From the IMG/VR virus record IMGVR_UViG_3300023712_000215: a stretch of DNA of 29,430 nt; one strand, written 5' to 3'. The position numbers and the translations under genes are program-made. The notes under the pieces were generated by a model that saw only the letters and a program-made list of their open reading frames with translations, was not told the origin of the DNA and searched no databases. This DNA is from a virus. Of the stretch, positions 1 to 10,300 are shown piece after piece. The first letter of the stretch is position 1. Every line of letters starts with the position of its first letter.

Positions 1-176
1 GGATTTTAATTGAATAATAATTGTTTTAAGTTAAAATAATTATTTTTTTATCATATGGAAATATTAAGATAAATAAATTTCATTTTTTAAATCAATTATT
101 TAGATATTTTAAAAAAAAAACAATTATAATTTATTATTTATATAAACTGAATTTATTAAATGTAAAATATCAGATT

Positions 177-1357
177 CTAACTCATTGTATGAGTATAAGT
201 GAATATTTGAATAGTTTTATTTTTTATTGAAAAGTAATATCTGACTGTTGTATTTTTTTTATTTCCTACTTTATATACTGGAATATTGTTATCATTAATT
301 TTTTCTGAAAAAGGAATTCCCTCATGTTTTTTAACAAAATTTTTATAATTTTGTACAAGAGTTTCAATAGATTTATTTTCTGATTCCATATTGAAATATA
401 TGGTGTTATTATCTTTAGTTATTGTGTTCTTGGAATTAATGGTGCATTCTAATGGTAATTCAAATATAAATTCATTAAATTTAAAGTATTTATTTTCATA
501 TTTTTCATTTAATTTTTTATGACCTATCTTATTTAATTTAAAATAATTATTCAATAAATTGAGAGTATAATGTTGAGGTAAGGCTTGATGACCTTTATTT
601 TTTCCATAAATAAAAAGTTTTATATTGTCTAATTCATTAAATGGTAATTTATTTAATGATGTTAAAAAATCTGTAAATTGTGTCTGATAATCTCTATCAT
701 CATTACAATCCATTATTATTAAGGAATTCGGAACATATTCTTCTTTAAGAATGTGTGCTAATATTGAAAGTCTATAATTAAATTTTTTAATTATTTCTTC
801 CTCAGAATAGTTTGAAAAAATTGTATTTTAATTGTATCCCAATACCATCTTTTTAAATTCAATTGAGGAATATCTGCCAGAACATTTGTTTGTTTAATCA
901 TTATTCCTAATTGTAATGATGTGAATCCTCCTGCAGAACTTCCATAAAATATCACGTTTTCATTTTTAAATCCAAATTTTTTAAATAGTTGTACCAGTAT
1001 ATCTTTAATATCTTCTAAAAACCAATCTTCAGGAGTTCCTAAGCCCCATCCTGCATCCATCTTATCATTATATAAATATAAACTAGGATCATTATAATGA
1101 ATTGTAGAAAATTCATCAAAATTCCAACTCCATCGGTTAAACCAAGGTTTAGTTTTATCAATTTTACTTTTATCTAATGGATATGCACCTGATCCTAAAC
1201 ATATTAAATTATCTGTGGATGTTTTTATATTTATCAAAAATTCAAATTTCACATTTTTATATTCGACAATCAAACCTACTTGTTCATTGAGCGGTATTGT
1301 GGAATTAGTTATATTTTCAAAGGAAGTTTTAATTATTGTTTTTACTAGTTTATCCAT
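177..1357 (-). pseudogene. Alpha/beta-hydrolase-fold protein (esterase/acyltransferase-like, about 393 aa if intact), split by a 1-nt frameshift near 812-832
   Basis: ORF 791..1357 carries a nucleophile elbow (IFYGSSAGG). The frame of ORF 177..713 stays open upstream to 827 (NTIFSNYSEEEIIKKFNYRLSILAHILKEEYVPNSLIIMDCNDD), overlapping the end of the first ORF. One extra base in the homopolymer at 826-829 or 815-820 fuses them. Candidate Asp (MDCNDD) and His (KGHQ) lie in the downstream part. Confidence 0.7.
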
Positions 1358-1620
1358 AATGAAAGTATTATATTTTTGTTATTTAAATATTTTGATATTC
1401 ATTAAAAGAGGTTTTTAGAAGATTTAAACATTAAAATTTTTCATTTAAATCATTTATTTAATTATTGATGTTTTTATTTTTGAGTTAGTGAATTTTATTA
1501 GGATTAAGATTAATGTTTTAAATTTACTCCGAGAATTATTAAATTAATTATTTAGTATTATTTAAACAAAAGATAAGTAATAATTATTCAAAAAAAATAT
1601 TATATAATAGATGAAATAAT

Positions 1621-1669
1621 TTTATATATAAATTTCAGAAGTCATATTAAAATGTAATTGATATTACAT
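1621..1669 (+). promoter_or_regulatory. Candidate archaeal TATA box (1621-1630) plus a 7-4-7 palindrome (1652-1669) upstream of the acetyltransferase
   Basis: TTTATATATA about 60 nt upstream of ATG 1692; ATGTAAT-tgat-ATTACAT downstream of it. The AT-rich background limits certainty. Confidence 0.3.
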
Positions 1670-1691
1670 AATCTAAGTGGTTGGTGAAGAA

Positions 1692-2480
1692 ATGAAAATT
1701 GTTAAAGAAGATGAAAATAATAATCAAATTATTGGATATGAACCACAACTGATAAGAAGTACAATAGAATTTAAAGGAAAAAATAATCGTGTGATATGTG
1801 AAAAAAACGTTAGATTAATAAATGCTCGAATAGTATGTTTAGGTAGTAATTCCATAGTCTATTTATCTTCATCACGAAAAAATTATAATATAACTGTTGC
1901 AATATTTAATAATTCTACTTTATTCATAGATGAAAATTGTTCCACTAATGGTAAATTATCTCTAAGTTTATCTGAAGAAAAAAACATATTCATTGGAAAA
2001 GAGTGTTTATTTTCATTTGATATATGGATACGCCTTGCTGATCCACACTTAATTTATGATATTGATACCAAAAAAAGAATAAATTATTCTAAAAGTGTAT
2101 ATTTAGGCGACCATATTTGGGTAGGTCAAGAAGCGTTAATATTGAAAGGAACACAAATAGGCTCTGGAAGTATAATTGGTGCTAAATCAGTAATATCTAA
2201 TAAGATAGTTAATTCAAATACAATTAGTGGTGGAAATCCTATTAAACAAATTAAAGAGGGTATTTTTTGGGATGCTGAATGTGTTCATAGATATACAAAA
2301 AGACAGACAGAAGCATCAATAGATTATGATAGCAATCAATGGATTTATGAAGATGATGGTGAAAAATTAACTTTTGATGAAATTGAAGAGAATTTAAATA
2401 AAACAAACGATTTAGATGAAAAAATTAATTATTTATTAAAAATAAGAAATTTTAAAAGTCATAATAGATTTTACATTTAA
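1692..2480 (+). CDS. Hexapeptide-repeat (left-handed beta-helix) O-acetyltransferase, LacA/WcaF/maltose acetyltransferase-like
   Basis: Motifs CLFSFDIWIRLADPH and VYLGDHIWVGQEALILKGTQIGSGSIIGAKSVI..GGNP. GGTGA RBS at 1683-1687 favours ATG 1692 over the GTG at 1677. Confidence 0.88.
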   Translation: MKIVKEDENNNQIIGYEPQLIRSTIEFKGKNNRVICEKNVRLINARIVCLGSNSIVYLSSSRKNYNITVAIFNNSTLFIDENCSTNGKLSLSLSEEKNIFIGKECLFSFDIWIRLADPHLIYDIDTKKRINYSKSVYLGDHIWVGQEALILKGTQIGSGSIIGAKSVISNKIVNSNTISGGNPIKQIKEGIFWDAECVHRYTKRQTEASIDYDSNQWIYEDDGEKLTFDEIEENLNKTNDLDEKINYLLKIRNFKSHNRFYI

Positions 2481-2515
2481 GTTAATTTATTTAACTTATA
2501 AACTTCAAATATTTT

Positions 2516-4333
2516 TTAATTTACTAATTTTTCAATAAACTCTTTATTTTCTGAATTTAAATGTTTATCTAATTCATATTCTAAATCATATTTACTATTA
2601 TAATCATTAAAGCTATTTTTAAGTATGTTTTTAATCAATTCATTAGTGGTATAACTTTCATAAATATTTTTATATAATTCAACAATATAATTTAAGAAAT
2701 ATTTATCAAATCCTTCATCATATGATCTTTTATAAATTTTAAATAGTATTTCTAAATTAGAAATAGAATTTAACAGATCATGATTTGGATATGTTGTAAT
2801 GTTTTCTAGATATTGATTATTTATTAGGAATGTCTTTGCATTATAAAGTGATAAGAAATTAAATACATTCGGATTATTGAAAATATTATCAGAATAGTTT
2901 TTTAACAATTTATCAAGGAATTGCTTAGAGATAACTAGATTTATATCTTCATTTAAAATATTGAAAAATTCTTTTTCTGTGATATCATTGCTTTTTATTA
3001 CATTATTATCAAATTCATTTAAAATACTTGTATTGTAAGTGATTTTTTCAATATCGTTTACTTTTTTAAAGACCATTAAATCAGCCTGTTTTTCTGAAAT
3101 TTTTAAAAAGTTTTCAATACTATCATAATCAAACCAGCTGTTTGCAGTGACGAAGAGTATGTTTTTTCCCAATGATTCTTGATATCCTTTAATAAATGAT
3201 TTTCTCCGACCTTCATAGTTATTATTAAATATTAATTTAATATCTGATTTTTTATTTTTGTTAATTAACCTGTGAATACTATTTACAAAGTTCTCTTTGG
3301 TGATGTCACTAACACAGATTATTTCAACATCTTCAAAATCCTGGTATAAAAAACTATTTAAACAATTATTTAATTCATTTAGAGTATTGTTTGCATATAT
3401 TATAATACTTAACTTTTTAGAATTATTTATTTTAAATTCTTTATTTACAGAGTCTTTAAATGATTTGATTTCTTCAGAATTCAGTTGTTTATTCGAATTT
3501 AATAGTTTATAGATATTAAACAATATGTTGTCAATATTTTTTAATTGCTTTTTGGAATGTATATCTACTTTAATTTCTTTTAATTCAAGGAATTCTTTTA
3601 AAAATAAATCTAAATAATCTAATTTATTATTTTTTGAATAAAATTCACAAATTTTCTGGTAAGAACAAAGAAGATCCCTGTAGTTTTCAAAAGACATTAC
3701 ATTCGTATAATCAGGTACATTATATGCATAGGATTTAATATTTACATTTACGAATTTCTTTATTTGAAGTAGGACTTGTGCCATGAATAAGTTATCTTCA
3801 CCTTTAGATAAATCTGAAAATTTTAAATTGTTTTCATCAAGAAAATCCTTTTTAAATATATTTTTTTGAATAAAATGAGGTAGTTCATATTTTTTAGAAT
3901 CATATACTTGTGTTTTCATAATATTTTGATAATACTGAGTTTCATTTTTTACCCCATTTATAGTATTAAACTGAATGTTACTAGAAGCTACTGGAACATT
4001 ATGTTTTATTGATTCTTTAATCATAAATTCATAAGAGTGTTTGTTAATAAGATAATCATCAGAATCTACAAATGCTATGAAATAACCAGTTGCTTGTTCA
4101 ATACCTATATTTCTACATTGCCCTGATCCTAATCTTTTTTTATTTCGTATAATTTTAATATTATCATATTTTTGAGCATATTGTTCAATAATAGTTAAAC
4201 TATCATCAATAGAAAAATCATCTATTAAAATAAGTTCAAAGTCTTGTAATGATTGTCTGTAAATTGAATTTAAACATTTTTTTATAGTTTCTTCAGAATT
4301 ATATACAGGTACTACTATCGATAATAATTTCAT
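2516..4333 (-). CDS. Two-domain GT2 glycosyltransferase (intact N-terminal GT2, degenerate C-terminal GT2)
   Basis: N-terminal LSIVVPVYN..IDDFS..RNIG..AFVDSDD. Second domain KLSIIIYANN..QDFEDVEIICVSD..ILFVTANS lacks the DxD. AGGTG RBS upstream on the minus strand. Confidence 0.9.
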   Translation of the reverse strand: MKLLSIVVPVYNSEETIKKCLNSIYRQSLQDFELILIDDFSIDDSLTIIEQYAQKYDNIKIIRNKKRLGSGQCRNIGIEQATGYFIAFVDSDDYLINKHSYEFMIKESIKHNVPVASSNIQFNTINGVKNETQYYQNIMKTQVYDSKKYELPHFIQKNIFKKDFLDENNLKFSDLSKGEDNLFMAQVLLQIKKFVNVNIKSYAYNVPDYTNVMSFENYRDLLCSYQKICEFYSKNNKLDYLDLFLKEFLELKEIKVDIHSKKQLKNIDNILFNIYKLLNSNKQLNSEEIKSFKDSVNKEFKINNSKKLSIIIYANNTLNELNNCLNSFLYQDFEDVEIICVSDITKENFVNSIHRLINKNKKSDIKLIFNNNYEGRRKSFIKGYQESLGKNILFVTANSWFDYDSIENFLKISEKQADLMVFKKVNDIEKITYNTSILNEFDNNVIKSNDITEKEFFNILNEDINLVISKQFLDKLLKNYSDNIFNNPNVFNFLSLYNAKTFLINNQYLENITTYPNHDLLNSISNLEILFKIYKRSYDEGFDKYFLNYIVELYKNIYESYTTNELIKNILKNSFNDYNSKYDLEYELDKHLNSENKEFIEKLVN

Positions 4334-4363
4334 AAGAAAAACACCTATATCATTTATTTTTTT

Positions 4364-5137
4364 TTAAGAATCTTCTAATACTTTTTTAATATATGATTTT
4401 AAGTCATGATTTTCATAAATAATATTATTCATAAGATTTATTGATTTTTCTAATTCATCAAAGGAATTCTTTAATTCCATAAAATCAGATTCTTTAATAT
4501 CATTATTTTTCATATATTCTAATTGAAATAATTCTGTTTGTCTTTTCAATTTATTAAGTTCAAGATAGATATTATTAATATTATTTATATCATTAACAGT
4601 ATCATTTTGTTTATTAATTAAATCAACAATCTCTTTTGTTTGATTTTCAAATTTATCATTGATTGTGTGTTTTAATGTATTGTTAAAACTATCATGTAAT
4701 GTTACATCAAGATTTTCAATTTTTTTATTTTCTTCTTTAGTAAGATTACATAAATTTTCCATAGTTCTATTACTATCATCAGTAATATTGGATAACTTAT
4801 CTATCCTTTTAGAACTTTCATCTGTAATATCCGATAACTGCTCTACCTTTTTATTACTGTCTAGAGTAATTTCAGATAACTGCTCTATATTTTCATTACA
4901 TTCAGAGAAAATGTCCAACAAATGCTCTATATTTTTATTTTCTTTATCAGCAATTCCACATAGCTTTTCAATTTTTGTATTAAAAGTATTTTGATTATCT
5001 AAAATTTCTTCGTATTTTTCTAGAGACTCTTTAATCTGAGTATTTTCGATTAATAATTTTTCATAATTAGTTTTATAAAAATTATATTGGTTACTTGAAC
5101 GAAGTATACGATTTTTTATTTTATTTAAAACTTTCAA
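4364..5137 (-). CDS. Predicted coiled-coil protein with internal 14-aa repeats; probably co-transcribed with the downstream GT2 gene
   Basis: Heptad-rich E/K/N/L sequence throughout. A GGTG RBS-like sequence precedes TTG 5137 (the ORF track start at 5149 overlaps it). The gap to the next gene is 30 nt. Confidence 0.75.
   Translation of the reverse strand: MKVLNKIKNRILRSSNQYNFYKTNYEKLLIENTQIKESLEKYEEILDNQNTFNTKIEKLCGIADKENKNIEHLLDIFSECNENIEQLSEITLDSNKKVEQLSDITDESSKRIDKLSNITDDSNRTMENLCNLTKEENKKIENLDVTLHDSFNNTLKHTINDKFENQTKEIVDLINKQNDTVNDINNINNIYLELNKLKRQTELFQLEYMKNNDIKESDFMELKNSFDELEKSINLMNNIIYENHDLKSYIKKVLEDS
4707..4958 (-). repeat. About six imperfect 42-bp (14-aa) tandem repeats inside the coiled-coil gene
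   Basis: GATAAC anchors at 4791, 4833 and 4875 (42-nt spacing). Protein units: NKNIEHLLDIFSEC / NENIEQLSEITLDS / NKKVEQLSDITDES / SKRIDKLSNITDDS / NRTMENLCNLTKEE / NKKIENLDVTLHDS. Confidence 0.8.
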
Positions 5138-5234
5138 ATTATCCACCAATTTGATTAATAAGTAAATGTTTATATATTATTTAATATAAATTTTTTATAT
5201 ACATTATTTTTAGTTCTTAAAAAGTTGTGATTAA

Positions 5235-7211
5235 ATGAACAAGATTAAAATATCACTAATAGTAAATATTACTACTAAAAAATATTTAGAAGAGTTTTTA
5301 GATAATATTTTTTCTCAAAATTTTAGAGATTTTGAGATTATTCTTGTTAATTCACAAAAAAACAATTTAGATAACTTAGTTAAAGATTATGAAAAAATCA
5401 AAATAGTAAATTCAAATAATGAAAATATAAACATATCCTGGAATAGCGGATTAAAACTTGCTGAAGGACGATATGTTTTATTTATGAACTCATATGATTT
5501 TTTACAGGAAAATAGTCTCGAACTTTTATATGAAAAAGCAGAACTTAAACAAACAGACGTGCTAATGTTTAAGTCTATTGATTTCTTCGATTCTTATAAT
5601 ACTTATCAAACAAAGGATTATTTTCCTTCTTTAAATGAATTAACCAATAAAATATTTCTAGCGGAAAATATGGATAATGACTTGTTATTCGAAATAAATA
5701 CTAATATTAAACATTTATATTTAAATTCATTTTTAAAAGAAAACAACATATGTTTTTCAGAAGATTTACTACAAGAAGACTTATTATTCAAATTTAAGAC
5801 ATTATTTTGTGCAGATAAAATTTCTTTTGCAGATTATCCGTTTTATTGTTCTAGAATATTTGAAAATGATGCAAATAGTTTAAATTTATGTTTTAATGAT
5901 TTTTCTTCGTTTTTATCTAAATATATTTCTTTTTTCATAATATTTAAAAAATATTTATCCTATAAAAAGAATATACTTGATCAATATGTTACATTTATAA
6001 AAAATTATTTTTATTCTTTATCTGATTTTGATAAAAACAAGTATTTTAACTTCATCAAACAGGAACTGACCAAATATGACTTTATTGAATATGATGATTA
6101 TTATGAGAATCTTAGCTATGAAAATATACTTTTTATTAATTTAATTCAAAAGTCTATTAGTTATACAGATTATTTGGTTAATATTGATCTTCGGAAAAAT
6201 AAAAATCATCAATTGATTTCTGTTATTATGCCAGTATATAATGGTAAAGTGGAAGATATAAAAAATGCATTTAAATCAGTATTTAATCAATCTTTTGGAT
6301 TTGAAAATATTGAATTAATAATCATTGATGATTGTTCTACAGAAAAAGAGGGTAAAAATTATATTAAGTTATTAACTGATCTATATCCTAATGTTAAATC
6401 TATTTTTTTAGATGAAAATAAGGGTTCTGGTCATGCACGAAATCAAGGTATTAAATTAGCATCAACACATTATATCATGTTTTTAGATCATGATGACACT
6501 TATACTCCAGATGCGTGTAAAGTTTTATTTGATAATATTTTTAATAAAGATGTTGATGTGGTTAGTGGAAATTATATCAATACAACACCAGGTGCTCATA
6601 AAATTATACATTGGGATAAAAGGAATATTCCTCATTTATATGAAAAGACACATAATTTACATGATAATCCTAGTTTACTTAAGATATACCCGTCAATATG
6701 GACTAAAATATTTAAAAAATCTTTTTTACTGGATAATAAACTTTTTTTTAAAAACTTCAAAGCAGGTCAAGACCTCATTTTCTATCAAGAAGTTTTATGT
6801 AAAGTAAACTCTATAAAGTTTATAAAGGATTTGATTGTTAATTATTCATTTAGAAAAGGTAATTCAATTAATAAAGGTTCAATTTCATTAAATCGTTCTA
6901 AAGAAATATTAAAGACATATATTAATGTTTATTACACATCATATAATCTTATAAATAATGAATTACCAGAATATTCGTATTTAGCCTTGAATAATTTGAA
7001 TAGTTGGTTAAATAATAAATTTTTTGATACGAATTTTGATTATGATAATTTTAAAGAAATTTGTGATTTTTCACAAGAATTATTTGAATTATTTAATAAT
7101 AACGATAAAACCAAACCTATTAAACAATATGAACAAATATATGAGGATATTGCAAATAATAACATTCCAGAAGCATACATATTTTATAAAAAGAACAATA
7201 ATGTTTTATGA
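5235..7211 (+). CDS. Two-domain GT2 glycosyltransferase (degenerate N-terminal GT2, intact C-terminal GT2)
   Basis: N-domain ISLIV..SQNFRDFEIILVNS..WNSGLKLAEGRYVLFMNSYD (DxD lost). C-domain ISVIMPVYN..IIDDCST..ARNQG..IMFLDHDD..SIWTKIFKK. Confidence 0.9.
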   Translation: MNKIKISLIVNITTKKYLEEFLDNIFSQNFRDFEIILVNSQKNNLDNLVKDYEKIKIVNSNNENINISWNSGLKLAEGRYVLFMNSYDFLQENSLELLYEKAELKQTDVLMFKSIDFFDSYNTYQTKDYFPSLNELTNKIFLAENMDNDLLFEINTNIKHLYLNSFLKENNICFSEDLLQEDLLFKFKTLFCADKISFADYPFYCSRIFENDANSLNLCFNDFSSFLSKYISFFIIFKKYLSYKKNILDQYVTFIKNYFYSLSDFDKNKYFNFIKQELTKYDFIEYDDYYENLSYENILFINLIQKSISYTDYLVNIDLRKNKNHQLISVIMPVYNGKVEDIKNAFKSVFNQSFGFENIELIIIDDCSTEKEGKNYIKLLTDLYPNVKSIFLDENKGSGHARNQGIKLASTHYIMFLDHDDTYTPDACKVLFDNIFNKDVDVVSGNYINTTPGAHKIIHWDKRNIPHLYEKTHNLHDNPSLLKIYPSIWTKIFKKSFLLDNKLFFKNFKAGQDLIFYQEVLCKVNSIKFIKDLIVNYSFRKGNSINKGSISLNRSKEILKTYINVYYTSYNLINNELPEYSYLALNNLNSWLNNKFFDTNFDYDNFKEICDFSQELFELFNNNDKTKPIKQYEQIYEDIANNNIPEAYIFYKKNNNVL

Positions 7212-7384
7212 AATATCTTTATGTAATAATTTTTATACTGCAATATACTAAAAGATTATATATAAGAATTTAATAAATTCAAAATTAGGAGATTTTCTTA
7301 TAAAAAATATCCTGAAATGGTTAAATTTAAATTAAAAGAAAATTAACTCATAAAAAATTAAATCTGTATGAATAGGTGTAAAAA

Positions 7385-10300
7385 TTGTATAAAATTTCTA
7401 TTGTAATATTAATTGATTCATTTAATAATGTTGAAAACATCATAGAAATCTTAAAAAAACAAAATTTAGGATTTGAAAATATTGAATTAATATTCATAGA
7501 CAATTATTCTGATGACGATACACAGAATTATTTATCTAAATTATCAATGGAATATCCGAATATTATTAAATATCGTACAAGACAAAAATTAGCAAAAAAT
7601 AATTTATATAATATTGGTATAAAATTAGCCAATGCAAAATACGTTATGTTTGCAAATAATAATTTTTCATATTTAAATTATTCCTTTGAAACATTATATA
7701 ATGTTATTTCTAATGAAGATGTTAATATTGTATGGGGAAATTATATTCTAAATTATGAAAATAAATTTATACAGAATAATGTCAATATACCATTTAAAAA
7801 TGGATTATTAATTGTTAGAGATATAAATAAAGAACCAGATTTATTAAAAAACAGTTTTCTTTTAGAAACATTCATTTTTAATAGAAATTTTTTAATGAAA
7901 AAATTGATTGAATTTGATGAAAATATTTCTGATAATACTATTTTTATCCAAAAATCATTACTAAATTCTGAAAAAACAATTTTTATAAATAAACCTATAT
8001 TAAAAATAAAGGAGAACATAATTAACGAAAAAATTAATAATTCAACATATATCCAATATATAAACTCATATTTAAAATTTATTGATTATTTAAACGAGAA
8101 ATTTCCCCAGTTTATATGGTTATCTTCCAAAATTGTTAAAGATATGATAGATTTATTATTAACTTACAAATTTAATGATGTGGAACTCTATTATATTCTT
8201 GAACAAACACATAAATTATTTATTCAAATTGATACTTCAGCAGAACATATGAACTTAACCTTTAAAGAAAATACCTTGTTTAATTTAATTGTTGAAAGAA
8301 AATATGATAAACTGGTAAAAATTCTTAATCTTGTTCATATGGATTCCAGGATATTAGATGAGAAGATAAAATCAAAGGATATTCTCATTCTATTTTATGG
8401 ATTTGACTATGAAATTGGAGGTTTAGCTAAAGCAGTATTTAATAGAGCTAATATGTTAACTGAATATGGATATTCCATAAAATTAATCAATATTGATCCA
8501 TATAGTCCTAATTTTATGAGAAATCAAATAAAAAATATTAAATTAATTGAAAATAATTTTAGAAAACTAAATTATATACATTCAGAAGTTGAGTTTTTAA
8601 ATGTTTTTGAATATTACCGTGACAAAAATACCTTATCAAACATTACTTTTAAGGATATTGATTTTTCTTCTGACTTAATGTTGACTAATGAATATGTTAT
8701 TAAAAAAATTAGTCAAGAAAAAGGTGTTATTAATTATAATTATTATCGTAAGGAAGTATTTACTGATAAAGAATTAAAAAGAATATATTTTGAATCCAAA
8801 AAAGAATATTCTAATGATATAAAAAGTATAGTACTAGAAAAAATATTTGATAAAAACATATATAAAACAGAATATTATATTAATAAAGAATTATATTTAA
8901 TTTCATATTATAATAACTTAAATAAAATCATAAAAGAAGAATTTTATACAAATGATGGCTTTATATATTTTGAAATAATAAAATATGGAAATAAAAATAA
9001 ATACGAATACATTTTACATAATATTGAAACAAAATCACAAATAATATTTAATAATTTAAAAAGATTCTGGGATTATTTTATCGAAGAAATATGTATGGAA
9101 TGTAATGAAAAACCATTTTTAATTAATGATTGTTCAGGACCTATTCCATCAATAAATAACGTATCAGCAGATTTAGCATATAAAATAGGAAATATCCATT
9201 CAAATCCGTATTTAAAACCCACATATTGTTATGGTAGTCCCTTAAGAAATATTGCAGCATTGAAAGATATTGAAAATATGGATACTATAATAACATTGAC
9301 AAACTCTGAAAAAAATGATTTTATTAAGGAATTTAAATCAGATAAATTTTATACTATTCCTAACTTAATAAATCTTGATGAAATATTTCAATTAGATAAG
9401 ATTAACTTCAAAATTAACAAGAAAAAAATATCAATATTTTCAAGAATTTCCAAGGAAAAAAATTTAGAAGATGCTATTAAAGCATTCAATATAGTAGTTA
9501 AAAAACATCCTGATGCAATCTTAAATATTTATGGCAGATATCTTAAAGTAAATGAACAGAAAGAATATAAAAAACTTCAGGCTCTTGTTAATAAGTTAGG
9601 TTTAGAACAAAATGTTTTTTTCAAGGGACATATAACAAACAGTTATGAAGAAATGCGCACTTCATTATTTACATTACTTGTTTCCCATATTGAAGGTTTA
9701 CCTATGGTTTTAATAGAATCAATGGCAAATAAAACACCTATGATTACCTATGATATTAATTATGGTCCAAATGATGTCATTTCCAATAATATTGATGGTA
9801 TTATTGTTGAAAAATATAATGTAGATGAATTAGCAGATAAAATGATTTATTTATTAGACAATCCTAATAAAGCTATGGAAATGGGAATTTTAGCCCAACA
9901 AAAAATTATTAAAGAATTTAGTTCAGAAAAAATTTGTAAAAAATGGACACATGCTTTTAGAAACACATATTTAATGGCAAAAACTAAGCTAATTGAACAA
10001 AAATTAACTATTGATATGTATGAATCAAATATCAAAAAATTAAGCAATATTAATAGTTCTCAATACCATAGGATAAATGATATGGATGAAATAATAGATG
10101 TTAATAGAAATAAAATTAATCAAATTCAAGTGGATTTAATAGAAAAAAAGAATTATACAATAAAACAAAAAAAATTAATTTATAATAATGAGAAAAAAAT
10201 TGAAGAAGATACTGTTAACCTTGAAAAATTAAAAAAGGAATTGAAAAAATTAGAAGTTAAACATGATAATTTAAATGATACTATTTATAATAATCAAAAT

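Noticed and set aside
4659-4994. 111-aa Leu/Ser-rich antisense ORF
   Set aside because: Shadow of the 42-bp repeat region of the coiled-coil gene; no RBS or family motifs.
7195-7251. Possible frameshifted extension of the 658-aa GT2 beyond its stop
   Set aside because: Alternative frames close within about 25 codons and show no domain-like sequence.
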